Positions 52,476-62,658 of a DNA stretch of 64,000 bases are shown piece after piece. Within the stretch, counting starts at the first letter, position 1, and the number at the start of each line of letters is the position of its first letter. Made by a program: the position numbers and the translations under genes. The DNA is from an uncultured Methanosarcinaceae archaeon (GTDB taxonomy: Archaea > Halobacteriota > Methanosarcinia > Methanosarcinales > Methanosarcinaceae): positions 1-64,000 of the forward strand of contig CAWJYV010000003.1 of assembly GCA_963847185.1 (NCBI GenBank), read 5' to 3'. Below the pieces are notes generated by a model. It worked only from the letters and a program-made list of their open reading frames with translations, was not told the DNA's origin and searched no databases.

Positions 52476-55400
52476 ATGCGAATAATGAACTCTATACTTT
52501 TAAGCTTGACAGTTTTCCTCCTGATTGCTGCAAGCGTGTCTGTTGTCTCGGCTAACACACTTTGCGTCAGTTCGGAAATCCGCGAAGATAATTACACGAA
52601 CATCCGGGAAGCTCTGGAACACGCCCACAACGGGGATAAGATCCTGGTTTATCCAGGAAATTATACCGAAAATGTGGTTGTAAATCTGACGGATATATGC
52701 ATACTATCTGCCAGCGGAAAAGCTGCAGATACTATTGTTCAGGCTGCAGATGCAAACGAAAGCGTATTTTACGTTTCAGCAGATGGCGTTAAAATAGGGG
52801 GGCTTACAATACAGGGGTCAGACAGGGCAGGTATAGAACTGAACTCTTCTGACGGCCATATGATCCTGAGCAACACAATTACGGGAAATTTGGCTGGAAT
52901 CCTTCTGAATTTCTCAAGTAAAGACACAATATATCGCAATAATCTTGAAGAGAATTTCGTTGGAGTGGGAGTGCAAGCCTCGGATGATAGCATGGTAGCA
53001 GAAAATATGCTTAAAAACAATTTCGCGGCGACTATGCTTTATTCTGGTGCAAAAAACTGCTTTTCTAAAAATACCTTGAATGATAACTCACTCGGACTCA
53101 TACTGTATGACTCTGAAGATAACGAAGTCACAGGAAACACCATACGTAACAGTGAAGAAGGGTTCATTCTGGCTTCAAGCGAATATAATAGCTTTTCCAG
53201 AAATATAATTACAGACACTTTAACCGGCTTCACACTTCAAGAGTCGGAAAATAATGATTTTACCGAAAATGCTGTACATTCTCCTGAGACTGCAGTAATG
53301 GTGAATTCGAGTTCAGACAACTGTTTCTCCAGAAATGTATTTACAGGGGCTTCTGAAAAACCCTTACTCAGCGAATCGGGAAATGAAAAAATCTCAGAAA
53401 CACTTGCAGAGACTTCTGAAAACCCCTTACTTAACATATTAAAAGGTGGAAACAGCTCGGAAATATTTGCAGAAAATTCTGAAAGGCTCTTACTCCACGA
53501 ATCGGAAAACGAGAGTGTCTTAGAAAGTAAAAGAAGTTACGCTGGGGTTGCAGTAATGGTCGACTCAAGTGAAAGGAATAATTTTCATGAAAACACCTTC
53601 ACAAATAATTCAGTAGGATGCATATTAAAGCAGACCCAAAATAATGAATTTGCAGATAATTGCCTTGAAGACGGTGAAGTAGGCGTTATTCTGTTCTTAA
53701 GTAAAAATAACCTCATCACTTCAAATACTCTTACAAATATGGAGTACGGATTTATCCTAGAAGCATCTGAAAATAATGAGTTTGCAAGAAATGAGGTCGA
53801 TCAGAGCGAAATTGCACTGAGGATGGAATCGGGAAATAACAACAAGATCTCAGAAAACAAGTTTATAAACAATATCGCAGGAGTACTTACCGCAGAATGC
53901 GAAAATAATGAATTTTCTGAAAATGCCATGTCCAATGGAATGTATGCAATGATGATTTTTGAAAGCAATAACAGTACCATATCAGAAAACGAGTTTTCCA
54001 ATAATTTTGTAGGCGTAATAGCAGGGGGAGCTAATGAAACCACCTTCATTAAAAATAACATCTCAATTAATCTTTTAAACTCAACCCCTAAGGATTCTTC
54101 TAATTGTTTATTATACAACTCTTATTTAGGAGATAACACAACTCTTGACCGAGATGAGCTCTTTGAAAATGTTCTCTTGAAGCAAAATGAGTTTCTTGAA
54201 GAAGATGATCTTTCTACAAATGATTTATTAGTGAAGAAAGTATTATTGAATACCAATCAACTGTTTGAAAGAGAAGAACCACTTGGCGAGAGCTGGAATT
54301 TCGGGGTAGTCCTAGAAAGTTCCAATAATAGCTCTCTGGAAGGAAACAGAATATCTGATAATTATTGCGGATTATTGCTTGCAGAAACTCAAAACAGCAC
54401 ACTTTCCGGAAACTGGCTGGAAAACAATAATTTCGGGCTTATTCTCTATAACTCAAGTGAAAGCCTTGTCTATAACAATTATCTCAACAATACAAACAAC
54501 ACAGCTTTTGAAATTGAAAATATTGTTAGTACCATAATACAGGACCCGGAAAACAATCCGGATTGTATATGGAACATAAGCAAAACAGAAGGATTAAACA
54601 TTGTGGGTGGGCCTTATCTTGGTGGGAACTTCTGGGCAAAACCTGATGGTACCGGTTTTTCACAGACCCATCTGGATACAGACAAAGACGGGATTTGCGA
54701 TTTACAGTATAACATAACAGAAGACGGGTTTAACATTGATTTCTTACCTCTTTCGGACGCTCCGGGAAAAGAAGTTGAATGCGAAGGCAATGATGAAGAA
54801 AAATATAACTCTGAAGAAAGCTCCGGAGGAAGCTCTCAACAGTACCTTCCTGATTCATCAAGCAACACGGAACATTCTGACTCCTCTCAGCAAAAGGTGA
54901 ATGCAGGTACCGAGGTTAAATTCACTTTCCGTGAACCAAAGAATGATATTTCCAGAGTCAGCTTTAAATCCAGTAAATATTCAGGACTTGTTGGGATAAG
55001 AATTGGAACAGCCGATTTGAACGAAACGGAAGGCATTGAAGAAACCGGCAGCAAAGCCTACAGGTATGTTGAAATCCTTGTTGGAAACAAAGCTTTTGAG
55101 AGTTCGGACAATATCGCAAACGGGAATATCGAATTCAGAGTAACCAGAAGCTGGATGACGGAAAACGACATAAACCCCGAGACAATCAGCCTGAACCGCC
55201 TGGAAGACAAAGGATGGAAACAGCTTGAAACAGAAAATACCGGGAAAGATGGAGATTACTATTACTTCAGGACTCAAACTCCGGGCTTCTCCTGTTTTGC
55301 AATAACGGGAGAACAGTACACAGGAAAAGGCTCCTCAGAGCAGAAGAGTGAGAGCTCAGAAGAAATTCTAACAGGTGAAGCAGAAGATCTAACAGGTGAA

Positions 55401-55511
55401 GCAGCAAAAGAGCAGGCAAATACCGAAGAAAAAGAAAAAGCTCCAGGCTTTGGAATAATTCTTTCGGGCTCAGGTGGATTACTTGCACGGGCCTGCTTTA
55501 AACGCAGATAA
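52476..55511 (+). CDS. Large NosD/beta-helix surface protein with PGF-pre-PGF domain and PGF-CTERM-like tail
   Basis: Signal peptide; many PbH1 repeats; GGPYLGGNFW; TPGFSCFAI; KAPGFGIIL...KRR. Confidence 0.9.
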   Translation: MRIMNSILLSLTVFLLIAASVSVVSANTLCVSSEIREDNYTNIREALEHAHNGDKILVYPGNYTENVVVNLTDICILSASGKAADTIVQAADANESVFYVSADGVKIGGLTIQGSDRAGIELNSSDGHMILSNTITGNLAGILLNFSSKDTIYRNNLEENFVGVGVQASDDSMVAENMLKNNFAATMLYSGAKNCFSKNTLNDNSLGLILYDSEDNEVTGNTIRNSEEGFILASSEYNSFSRNIITDTLTGFTLQESENNDFTENAVHSPETAVMVNSSSDNCFSRNVFTGASEKPLLSESGNEKISETLAETSENPLLNILKGGNSSEIFAENSERLLLHESENESVLESKRSYAGVAVMVDSSERNNFHENTFTNNSVGCILKQTQNNEFADNCLEDGEVGVILFLSKNNLITSNTLTNMEYGFILEASENNEFARNEVDQSEIALRMESGNNNKISENKFINNIAGVLTAECENNEFSENAMSNGMYAMMIFESNNSTISENEFSNNFVGVIAGGANETTFIKNNISINLLNSTPKDSSNCLLYNSYLGDNTTLDRDELFENVLLKQNEFLEEDDLSTNDLLVKKVLLNTNQLFEREEPLGESWNFGVVLESSNNSSLEGNRISDNYCGLLLAETQNSTLSGNWLENNNFGLILYNSSESLVYNNYLNNTNNTAFEIENIVSTIIQDPENNPDCIWNISKTEGLNIVGGPYLGGNFWAKPDGTGFSQTHLDTDKDGICDLQYNITEDGFNIDFLPLSDAPGKEVECEGNDEEKYNSEESSGGSSQQYLPDSSSNTEHSDSSQQKVNAGTEVKFTFREPKNDISRVSFKSSKYSGLVGIRIGTADLNETEGIEETGSKAYRYVEILVGNKAFESSDNIANGNIEFRVTRSWMTENDINPETISLNRLEDKGWKQLETENTGKDGDYYYFRTQTPGFSCFAITGEQYTGKGSSEQKSESSEEILTGEAEDLTGEAAKEQANTEEKEKAPGFGIILSGSGGLLARACFKRR

Positions 55512-55591
55512 AATGGATTTTAAAGAAAGGAGCTATAAAAAGCACTTCTGGATGAAAGGGGACCTTCAGTCCCCTAACTTTTTAAATCAAT

Positions 55592-55728
55592 TCTTTCTGA
55601 AATTTCTTCCTTCTCCTTCTGAAACTACTTCTCCCAGAACTACTTCCTTCTAAAGCGATTTCCTTTTGAAATTACCTCCTCTTGAAATTACTTTTCTTGA
55701 AGTTACTTCCTTTGATGTGACTTTTTAG
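55592..55728. repeat. Degenerate ~16-bp tandem repeat (about 8 units)
   Basis: TGAAATTACTTCCTT-like units. Confidence 0.55.
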
Positions 55729-55731
55729 ATA

Positions 55732-55863
55732 GAGCTGATCCCAAAACTCAAGAACTACTTCTTTGAATCTTGGTTTCAAAATAATCACTCGAGCTACTGA
55801 TCTAGAAAGTAGTTATGAAACTCCTATGGATATGGGAACAAAAATGAATTTTGGGATAGGCTC
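55732..55863. mobile_element. MITE, GAGCCTATCCCAAAAC-end family
   Basis: TIRs GAGCTGATCCCAAAA / TTTTGGGATAGGCTC; inverted homologue of the copy at 42749. Confidence 0.8.
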
Positions 55864-56392
55864 ATACAAAATCTTACTATAACCCCAAACAGACAACCAG
55901 TACTCATGCGAACAGACCAAAAAAGACCTATGAAGTACCGCAACACCTGGAACCATAAACTGCAAATCAGGGTCGGGAGCATTAAATACCCACAACACAC
56001 CAACCACCAATTTACTATATCTACCACAACATATATCTATCACAAAATGGTTCCGGCCCTGGTGCAGCTAAGGAAATTTTATATTTTTTTAATTTCAGGC
56101 CTTAATGCATCTACTTTTAGAAAATTGAATTTTGTTTTTATATAAACTGAATTAACCCTCAAATTGATCAATCTTTAACTGGATCTATCTTTTAATTCTG
56201 ATTATTTCTAAACTCATAATAATTCATGTAAGGTTTGAGAAATATATTTAACGGCGAGTACCTTTTTATTAAATAGGATAAATAAATTAAAGCAACAGAT
56301 CAAGCTCAAATGCTTAAATATGGACTTAAATATCGTCAAACAGCGAGTAAATTTGGGGAGAAAATTCAGCCGCTGGCAAAAGGGGAATAGAC

Positions 56393-57016
56393 ATGCTAAA
56401 CCAGAATCCTGCAGATCTGCCAATGAAAGTTAAACTGCCTGACCCGGAATTTTCAGGCAGAAGTTGTTTCGAAGAACTCATTGCAAAGCGCCGATCCGTA
56501 CGAAAATATACCGATAAAAAACTGTCCATGTCAGTCATTTCACGTTTTCTCTGGGCAGTTCAGGGGATCAGCTCAAAAGACGGTTTAAGGACAGCACCTT
56601 CCGCAGGTGCGCTTTACCCGCTTGAAATTCATATAGTTACCGGGGAAGGCAACGGGATTGAATCCGGAACTTACAGGTACGTTCCGGATGAACATACCCT
56701 TGTCAAGGAGATCACCGGAGATATAAGAGAAAAACTTTCAAAAGCTGCTCTTTCCCAGCCTATGATTAAAAACGCTCCGGTTTCGATTGTGATCTCTGCA
56801 GTTTACCCGAGGATAACGAGCAAATACGGAAAAAGAGGCCTTATGTACACCCATATGGAAGCAGGACATGCTGCGCAGAACGTATACCTTCTGGGGGCAG
56901 AACTCGGAATAGGAACCTGTGCAATCGGAGCTTTTGAAGATGAAGAGGTAAGAAAAGCGCTTAAACTACCAGCAAATGAAGAACCTTTCTATATCCTGCC
57001 CCTGGGGTACATCTAA
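56393..57016 (+). CDS. SagB/ThcOx-type nitroreductase family protein
   Basis: RRSVRKY, RTAPSAGALYP, KYGKRG, EAGHAAQN. Confidence 0.92.
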   Translation: MLNQNPADLPMKVKLPDPEFSGRSCFEELIAKRRSVRKYTDKKLSMSVISRFLWAVQGISSKDGLRTAPSAGALYPLEIHIVTGEGNGIESGTYRYVPDEHTLVKEITGDIREKLSKAALSQPMIKNAPVSIVISAVYPRITSKYGKRGLMYTHMEAGHAAQNVYLLGAELGIGTCAIGAFEDEEVRKALKLPANEEPFYILPLGYI

Positions 57017-57074
57017 AATCTTCTAATTTCTTAACATTTCGTTGAAGCTTCGATAAGATATAAGCTAAAAGGAA

Positions 57075-57803
57075 TCAGATATTTCTTCTCATTTTAGGAC
57101 TTATCTCATCGTTTTCTCTTATCAGCCTGCCATCTGAATAAAGATAAATTGCAAGCTCACCTGTAGAGAACTTAACGTCTCTGATGTCTTTGTCAAAGAT
57201 GTCTTCTATGTATTTGACCAGAGCTCTCAGACTGCTCTGGTGAGCACAGACAAGTATATTTTTTCCATCTTTTAATGCAGGCAGAATATTCTGCTCGAAA
57301 TAGGGGACTGCACGCTCATAGACGGCTTTGAGGCTTTCCCCTTCAGGAGGACCGGGCTCAAAATCCCACCGCCAGGAGGCGAGCTTTTCTGCCCCGTATT
57401 TTTCCTCCATTTTCTGTTTTTTCCTGCCCTGGACTTTCCCATAATAGCGCTCGTTCAAAGCAGCTGTTGTATAAACAGGAATAAGTTCTTTACCAAGCTT
57501 TTCGGGATAGGAATACCATTCGATCTTTTCTGCCGTTTTCTCTGAATCCCCCTCGTTACCTGTCATTTCATGGACAAGAACCCCTGTCTTTTTCTGCCTG
57601 GATAGTATGATAAAAAGTGTTTCCTGCGTACGGATAAGGTTTGAGGCAAAAGCAAGATCCAGTTCAATATTTTCAAGCTCGACAGCACATTCAAGAGCCT
57701 CTTCAATTCCTTCTCTGCTGAGAGAAACATCCACCCAGCCTGCGAGTACTTCCCCGGGCTTTAAACCGGGTTCTCCGTGCCTGACCAGTATAAGATAACT
57801 CAA
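57075..57803 (-). CDS. gpmA: 2,3-BPG-dependent phosphoglycerate mutase family protein
   Basis: LILVRHGE, GWVDVSL, LNERYYG, PPEGESL, AHQSSLRAL. Confidence 0.85.
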   Translation of the reverse strand: MSYLILVRHGEPGLKPGEVLAGWVDVSLSREGIEEALECAVELENIELDLAFASNLIRTQETLFIILSRQKKTGVLVHEMTGNEGDSEKTAEKIEWYSYPEKLGKELIPVYTTAALNERYYGKVQGRKKQKMEEKYGAEKLASWRWDFEPGPPEGESLKAVYERAVPYFEQNILPALKDGKNILVCAHQSSLRALVKYIEDIFDKDIRDVKFSTGELAIYLYSDGRLIRENDEISPKMRRNI

Positions 57804-57870
57804 AGAACCACGCCTTATGGGTATATACTATAATGCAAATTTTTTCCACGGGATTTTCAAGCTAAATCAA

Positions 57871-58557
57871 TCACTTCTTTGATTCGGGTCTGAACTCCAG
57901 CTTCGTGCCGTAGAGAAAATGCCACAGGTCACCCTTTTTATTCATCCTTTCCGCATCGATTGCAGCTCCCTGCCCCTGTATTTCAAACCTGACAATCCCT
58001 TTCCCGAATTTTACCTTTCCAAGTCTGCTTTCCATCCTGCTGTAATCGAGAGCATCTGCAAGTCGGATGAGGGCAGCCACTTTCAGCGTTAGTGTCTGCA
58101 GATCCTCTGGCATTTTCCCAAAATCTTTTTCTTTAAGCTTCTCTACTTTTTCTTCTCCTACCCTTTTTTTATGCAGAAAAGCCGTCCAGGCGACAACAGG
58201 CCTGAGCTGTTCAGGAAGCTCGGAAGGCGGATGCAGGAGCAAAATGTCTCTTCCTGCTTTGTGATGGTTCTCAAAATCCGTAGCTACCCCTGTATCATGG
58301 ATAAGTGCAGCTATTTCCACAAGGTTTCGCATTTCAGAATCCAGCCCATGAATAGAATCAAGAATGTCAAAGAGTTCAAGAGCATTCCTGGCTACGTTAT
58401 CGGCATGGCTGCGTTCAATTCCGTATATATGATAAAGGTCTTCCAGGGGCAGAGGCTCGAGATGGAAATCTTCCTCGTGTTGGTTGTTCCCTGAGACTCC
58501 CCCTTTTGAACCTTCATCTATTTGATTGTTTCCAGAAGGTTTGTTATCCGAATTCAC
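57871..58557 (-). CDS. HD-domain protein (Ppx/GppA C-terminal-like)
   Basis: HADNVA..A..LFD, AALIHDTG, HHKAG, LIRLADALD. Confidence 0.85.
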   Translation of the reverse strand: MNSDNKPSGNNQIDEGSKGGVSGNNQHEEDFHLEPLPLEDLYHIYGIERSHADNVARNALELFDILDSIHGLDSEMRNLVEIAALIHDTGVATDFENHHKAGRDILLLHPPSELPEQLRPVVAWTAFLHKKRVGEEKVEKLKEKDFGKMPEDLQTLTLKVAALIRLADALDYSRMESRLGKVKFGKGIVRFEIQGQGAAIDAERMNKKGDLWHFLYGTKLEFRPESKK

Positions 58558-58788
58558 ACTAAAACCCTTTCTATTTGTCTTTCTCTATTTGTATTGGTGT
58601 TAGATCCACTTAAGCTTATTTTTCAGTCGGGCTGTAAAGTGAACATCGCCTTTACCAAGTTAACAAACATCTATAAATTTCAGAAATATATTGGAAAAAG
58701 GAGCAGTTGTGGAGAATCACGAAGATTTAACAAATACCATAGCAGATATTATAATATCAAAATTAATAGATTTAAAGGAGATTTTACT

Positions 58789-60030
58789 CTGGAGATTACC
58801 TTTAAAGGCGGATGCAGGGAAGTGGGTCGCTCAGGTATACTTGTAAACGGGGAAGTACTGCTTGATTACGGGATTAAAGCAGGAGAGATTCCGGAATACC
58901 CTCAAAACGGTATGGAACCGAAAATTGTGCTTGTTTCACACGGGCACCTTGATCACTGCGGGGCTGTTCCTAACCTGATGTACCTGAACCCTGATGTTTT
59001 TATGACCCCTCCAACTGCAGAGTTTGCCTTCCTGCTCGGGAGAGATACCCTCAAACTTGCAGAATCAACGCTTTCAGGGGTAGCTCCTTTTGACCTTGAA
59101 GACCTCCATAAGCTTACTAATAGGACTCAAAAAAAAGACTATGGAGAGATTTTCAAAACCCATGGCTACAGGGCTTGTTTTTACAATGCAGGCCATATCC
59201 CCGGAGCGTCTGGAATTTACCTTGAATCAGGATCAGGAGAGAGTCTCTTTTATACAGGGGACTTCAACCTTGACGAGACAAGACTTGTACCGGGTGCAGA
59301 AAAATTTCCAGAGGCAGACACTCTTATTCTTGAGAGCACATATTTTGGAGAAGACCATATCCCGCGAAAAGAAACCGAGGAGAGGTTTATAGAATCTATC
59401 CTTGATACCCTGGAAATCGGAGGTACTGCCCTTATCCCTGCCTTTGCGATAGGCAGGACTCAGGAGATCCTGATGCTGCTCGACGCGCACGGAATCAGGG
59501 CTTATGTGGACGGTATGGGCAGAGACGTGTACAAAATCCTCAAAAAATATCCTGAGTACCTGAGAAATCCGGATCTTCTGGATAGGGCTTTCGGACGTGC
59601 TACTTCCGTAAACGATAGGCAGCGAGATTCCGTTCTCAAAGAACCTTCAGTAATTGTCACTACAGCCGGAATGCTGAACGGAGGGCCTATTATGTATTAC
59701 CTGAGCCGGCTTTATAAAGATCCTAAATCCAAAATCCTGCTCACTGGATACCAGGTTGAAGGTACAAATGGCAGGCTGGCTTTGGAACATAGAATTGTCG
59801 AAACGGAAAATGATGTACTTCCCCTCAAGCTAAAGGTAGAACAGTATGATTTTTCCGCTCACAGCGGAGACAGTGAACTCAGAAAGCTTGTAAAAGATTT
59901 CTGTAAAAAGGGTACTGAAAAAGTTTTTGTGATGCATGGGGACAAAACCGAAGCTTTTACGCAATGGATTTCAGAAGAAATCGGAGTAGAAGCTTATGCA
60001 CCAGCAAATGGAGAATCATTCACTTTTTAA
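58789..60030 (+). CDS. Metallo-beta-lactamase/beta-CASP ribonuclease (CTG start)
   Basis: GGCREVGRS, SHGHLDH, AGHIPG, YTGD, ESTY, GRTQE, FSAH, VMHG; AGGAG RBS before CTG 58789. Confidence 0.92.
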   Translation: MEITFKGGCREVGRSGILVNGEVLLDYGIKAGEIPEYPQNGMEPKIVLVSHGHLDHCGAVPNLMYLNPDVFMTPPTAEFAFLLGRDTLKLAESTLSGVAPFDLEDLHKLTNRTQKKDYGEIFKTHGYRACFYNAGHIPGASGIYLESGSGESLFYTGDFNLDETRLVPGAEKFPEADTLILESTYFGEDHIPRKETEERFIESILDTLEIGGTALIPAFAIGRTQEILMLLDAHGIRAYVDGMGRDVYKILKKYPEYLRNPDLLDRAFGRATSVNDRQRDSVLKEPSVIVTTAGMLNGGPIMYYLSRLYKDPKSKILLTGYQVEGTNGRLALEHRIVETENDVLPLKLKVEQYDFSAHSGDSELRKLVKDFCKKGTEKVFVMHGDKTEAFTQWISEEIGVEAYAPANGESFTF

Positions 60031-60245
60031 ACTAGTGGGGCTGAGGACTTTGATTTTAGATTGCCGGTTAATACTTAATAATTCCTTAAAAAGAAGAGGC
60101 AAAGTTATTTCTGAAAAGTTCCATCGATATATAAATATATTTAATAATGTGAAAAAGTTTTTCTGATTTGAAATCAATAAGTGACCTTGACTTAATAAAA
60201 ACTGAGAGAAAGGCGCAAACGGTGGAATACAGGAGGAATAATGAA

Positions 60246-60485
60246 GTGCCAATCGTTGAAATTAAAGTAATTGAAGGAGAATTTTCCAAAGAGGATATGA
60301 GGAAGCTTATTGCGGATGTTACAGATGTTTTCGTCTCTTTTCTGGGAGAGAATATGCGTGACAAGGTCTGGGTTATGATTCAGGAAGTTGAAGATGGAAA
60401 ATTTGGAGTAGGTGGACAGATTATTGAATTGAAAGATATAAGAGCTATTCAAAATAGTTGTACGGAAAAAGCAGAGGAGTTTTAA
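60246..60485 (+). CDS. 4-oxalocrotonate tautomerase family protein
   Basis: GTG-Pro1 start (PIVEIKVIEG), VWVMIQEV...FGVGG; AGGAGG RBS. Confidence 0.88.
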   Translation: MPIVEIKVIEGEFSKEDMRKLIADVTDVFVSFLGENMRDKVWVMIQEVEDGKFGVGGQIIELKDIRAIQNSCTEKAEEF

Positions 60486-60536
60486 GGGAGCTTAAAAGGA
60501 ATTTAGAGGGAGTTAAGGGGAATTCAAACACGAAAT

Positions 60537-62519
60537 TTAAATTAGGCCTCTTCTCCTTTCACTCCTGTATTCTTCAAAAAGGCTTTGCAGTTCGTCTTCC
60601 TTAGCTCGACGGTGCTTTATCTCGGCTTCCTTTTCCCAGGCAGCAATTGCAGCTTTAAGGCTTTCCGGCTCTGCCATTGCAAAATCTTCAGCCCTTTCAA
60701 GAGGAATATTTTTTAAAACCGGCACATCCCCTTTGAAGAAGGTCTCGTCTGCTGCATGCGAGATGTCCTCAGGGATAATAACTGCCCGAACCCTGGCGTC
60801 TACAAGGATTTGAGCTGTAGTAGCTCCGCCCCCGCTTGGGTTCTCCAGGAAAACAACATCTCCTTCTTTAAGCCCGTATTTCTCTTTTGTTTCGGCAATT
60901 GATTCCTTTGTGAAAGCGGCAATAACTTTTACAGGAGTACCTTCGCCTCGAATTTCCATTTTCTGAATTTTGCGCAGCTTATTGCTCCTGCGCCGAAGTT
61001 CTTTTACGGTTTTGTTTTTATGGGTAAGCTCTTTTTTCAGGTTTTCTATCGTTTCATCCCTTATTCTAATTTCTTTTGACTTCCTGACTTCACTGTAAGC
61101 TTCTTTTTTAAAACCGTTTAATCTTGATTCAAGCTTTGAAATTTTTCTGTCTTTTGCGACCAGCAGTTCTTTTAATTCCTCCAGGTACTCTTGAAGGTTC
61201 TGAATCTGCTCACCCTGTCTCTGGATGGTCTCTCTCATTTTCAAAAGAGCTTCGTCAAGGGGTTTTTCCTCTGGCTTTTCAGGACGCTCAGAAACCCTGG
61301 GCTTTTCAGGTGAACCTGATGCTCGGACTTTTTCGATTGCAGCTTCTATAGAATCTCCGCGAATTACATAAAACTTTACCAGCTCAAGATCTATATTCTC
61401 TGGAGCTTTCTTTTCAATTCGAGTAAAGATATTCTTGTAACTCCTGTATGTGAGAAGAGCCGCAGTCAATGCATCCCTTTCGTGGTCATTGGAATAGCCA
61501 AAGGTCTTTCCAAGCGAAATTTTTTCTTCGGCAGAGACCTCAATTCCAGGACTTGCAGGTACTGCGTTAAAGCTCCGTCGGATTTTTTCTACCGAGCCTG
61601 GCATTGGAGTAACATCGCTTGCGATAACTGCGGGTTTTCCGTATTCGGCAATAAGCTTGACAACTTCATCAGGAGCTATACCCCTGAAGCTTTTTAGATA
61701 GAGAAGGTCTCCGTCCAGAGACAGAATGGCTATGCCCACGGTAGTGCCAGGATCAAGTCCTACAATTGTGAATTTACGTCTCGGATTTTTCTGTTTAAGA
61801 GGGACATAGCGGATTTTATCGCGTTCTACACTTCTCACAATTACTTGAGCATCGTTACTGGCCATAGGATGTATTGGTATCTCTCCACGCTTTGCATAGA
61901 CAGTAAATTCAGATCTGACATATCCTCCGAAACCTTTTACATTTACGGCTTCGAATCTGATGCCTTTGTCCCTTGAAAGGTCTTTGAGAGCATTTTCAAT
62001 CTCTCTGCTCCTTTGCAGCACAGCTCCATGTACCTTCCTGCGGTATCGATTCTGGCTCCAGCCTCCCCGGCCAAGGGAACGAGCTCTGCTAACTTTGATT
62101 TTAGTAATATCTTCAAATAGAGAAACCTCATGTCCAACCCCAAGGTCTGCCAGACGGGCACAGGCTTCAGCTTCATCATTTGGATTTTCAGGATCAAAAG
62201 AGAATCCGTGTTTCCTTGCAATCCGAACAAGCGGCTCAGGATGTAGCCCCCCTGTGACCTGGACAAGTTTAACACCATCAGGCAAGCGTTCCATAAGAGA
62301 AAGGAGTTCGCTTCTGTCAGCAGCAAGCTCAAAGATGTTGTCAACAGCTATTATCTCAGGCCTGTCTCTCTGGATCATGTTAAAAATTTTCTGGCGACGG
62401 AGCATGCTTTGATGAGAGACCTCTCCGTCCTTAAGGATAGCAAGGGCATACCTTGGAAGTTCCTTTGCCCGGGGAGACCCTCGAGCGATATCTATTCCAT
62501 AAATAATCCTGTTTTGCAT
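60537..62519 (-). CDS. DUF460 domain protein (RNase H-like folds + coiled coil)
   Basis: GIDI, GRGGWSQNRYRR, IVGLDPGTT, HERDALTAA, long coiled coil. Confidence 0.88.
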   Translation of the reverse strand: MQNRIIYGIDIARGSPRAKELPRYALAILKDGEVSHQSMLRRQKIFNMIQRDRPEIIAVDNIFELAADRSELLSLMERLPDGVKLVQVTGGLHPEPLVRIARKHGFSFDPENPNDEAEACARLADLGVGHEVSLFEDITKIKVSRARSLGRGGWSQNRYRRKVHGAVLQRSREIENALKDLSRDKGIRFEAVNVKGFGGYVRSEFTVYAKRGEIPIHPMASNDAQVIVRSVERDKIRYVPLKQKNPRRKFTIVGLDPGTTVGIAILSLDGDLLYLKSFRGIAPDEVVKLIAEYGKPAVIASDVTPMPGSVEKIRRSFNAVPASPGIEVSAEEKISLGKTFGYSNDHERDALTAALLTYRSYKNIFTRIEKKAPENIDLELVKFYVIRGDSIEAAIEKVRASGSPEKPRVSERPEKPEEKPLDEALLKMRETIQRQGEQIQNLQEYLEELKELLVAKDRKISKLESRLNGFKKEAYSEVRKSKEIRIRDETIENLKKELTHKNKTVKELRRRSNKLRKIQKMEIRGEGTPVKVIAAFTKESIAETKEKYGLKEGDVVFLENPSGGGATTAQILVDARVRAVIIPEDISHAADETFFKGDVPVLKNIPLERAEDFAMAEPESLKAAIAAWEKEAEIKHRRAKEDELQSLFEEYRSERRRGLI

Positions 62520-62658
62520 GAGCGTCTATATTTTATTTTTTATAGAATATATATTTAACTGAAGACTAGTATTATTACCTGGATCTATTTATTATATTAA
62601 GGTCTTTTAGACATCTGGAAATATCTTAAAAAAGTTCGACAGGCCATCATCAAAAATA

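Noticed and set aside
55592-55728. Possible CRISPR array or iterons
   Set aside because: Degenerate ~16-bp units with no unique spacers, and no cas or rep gene nearby
1304-56145. AT-rich intergenic ORFs (1304, 8012, 8617, 9758, 15006, 28873, 30641, 35143, 52216, 55813-56145)
   Set aside because: Phe/Ile/Leu-biased chance frames, several running across MITEs or repeats
58522-58788. 89-aa N-terminal extension of the beta-CASP nuclease
   Set aside because: It overlaps the divergent HD gene and promoter; family similarity and the RBS begin at CTG 58789
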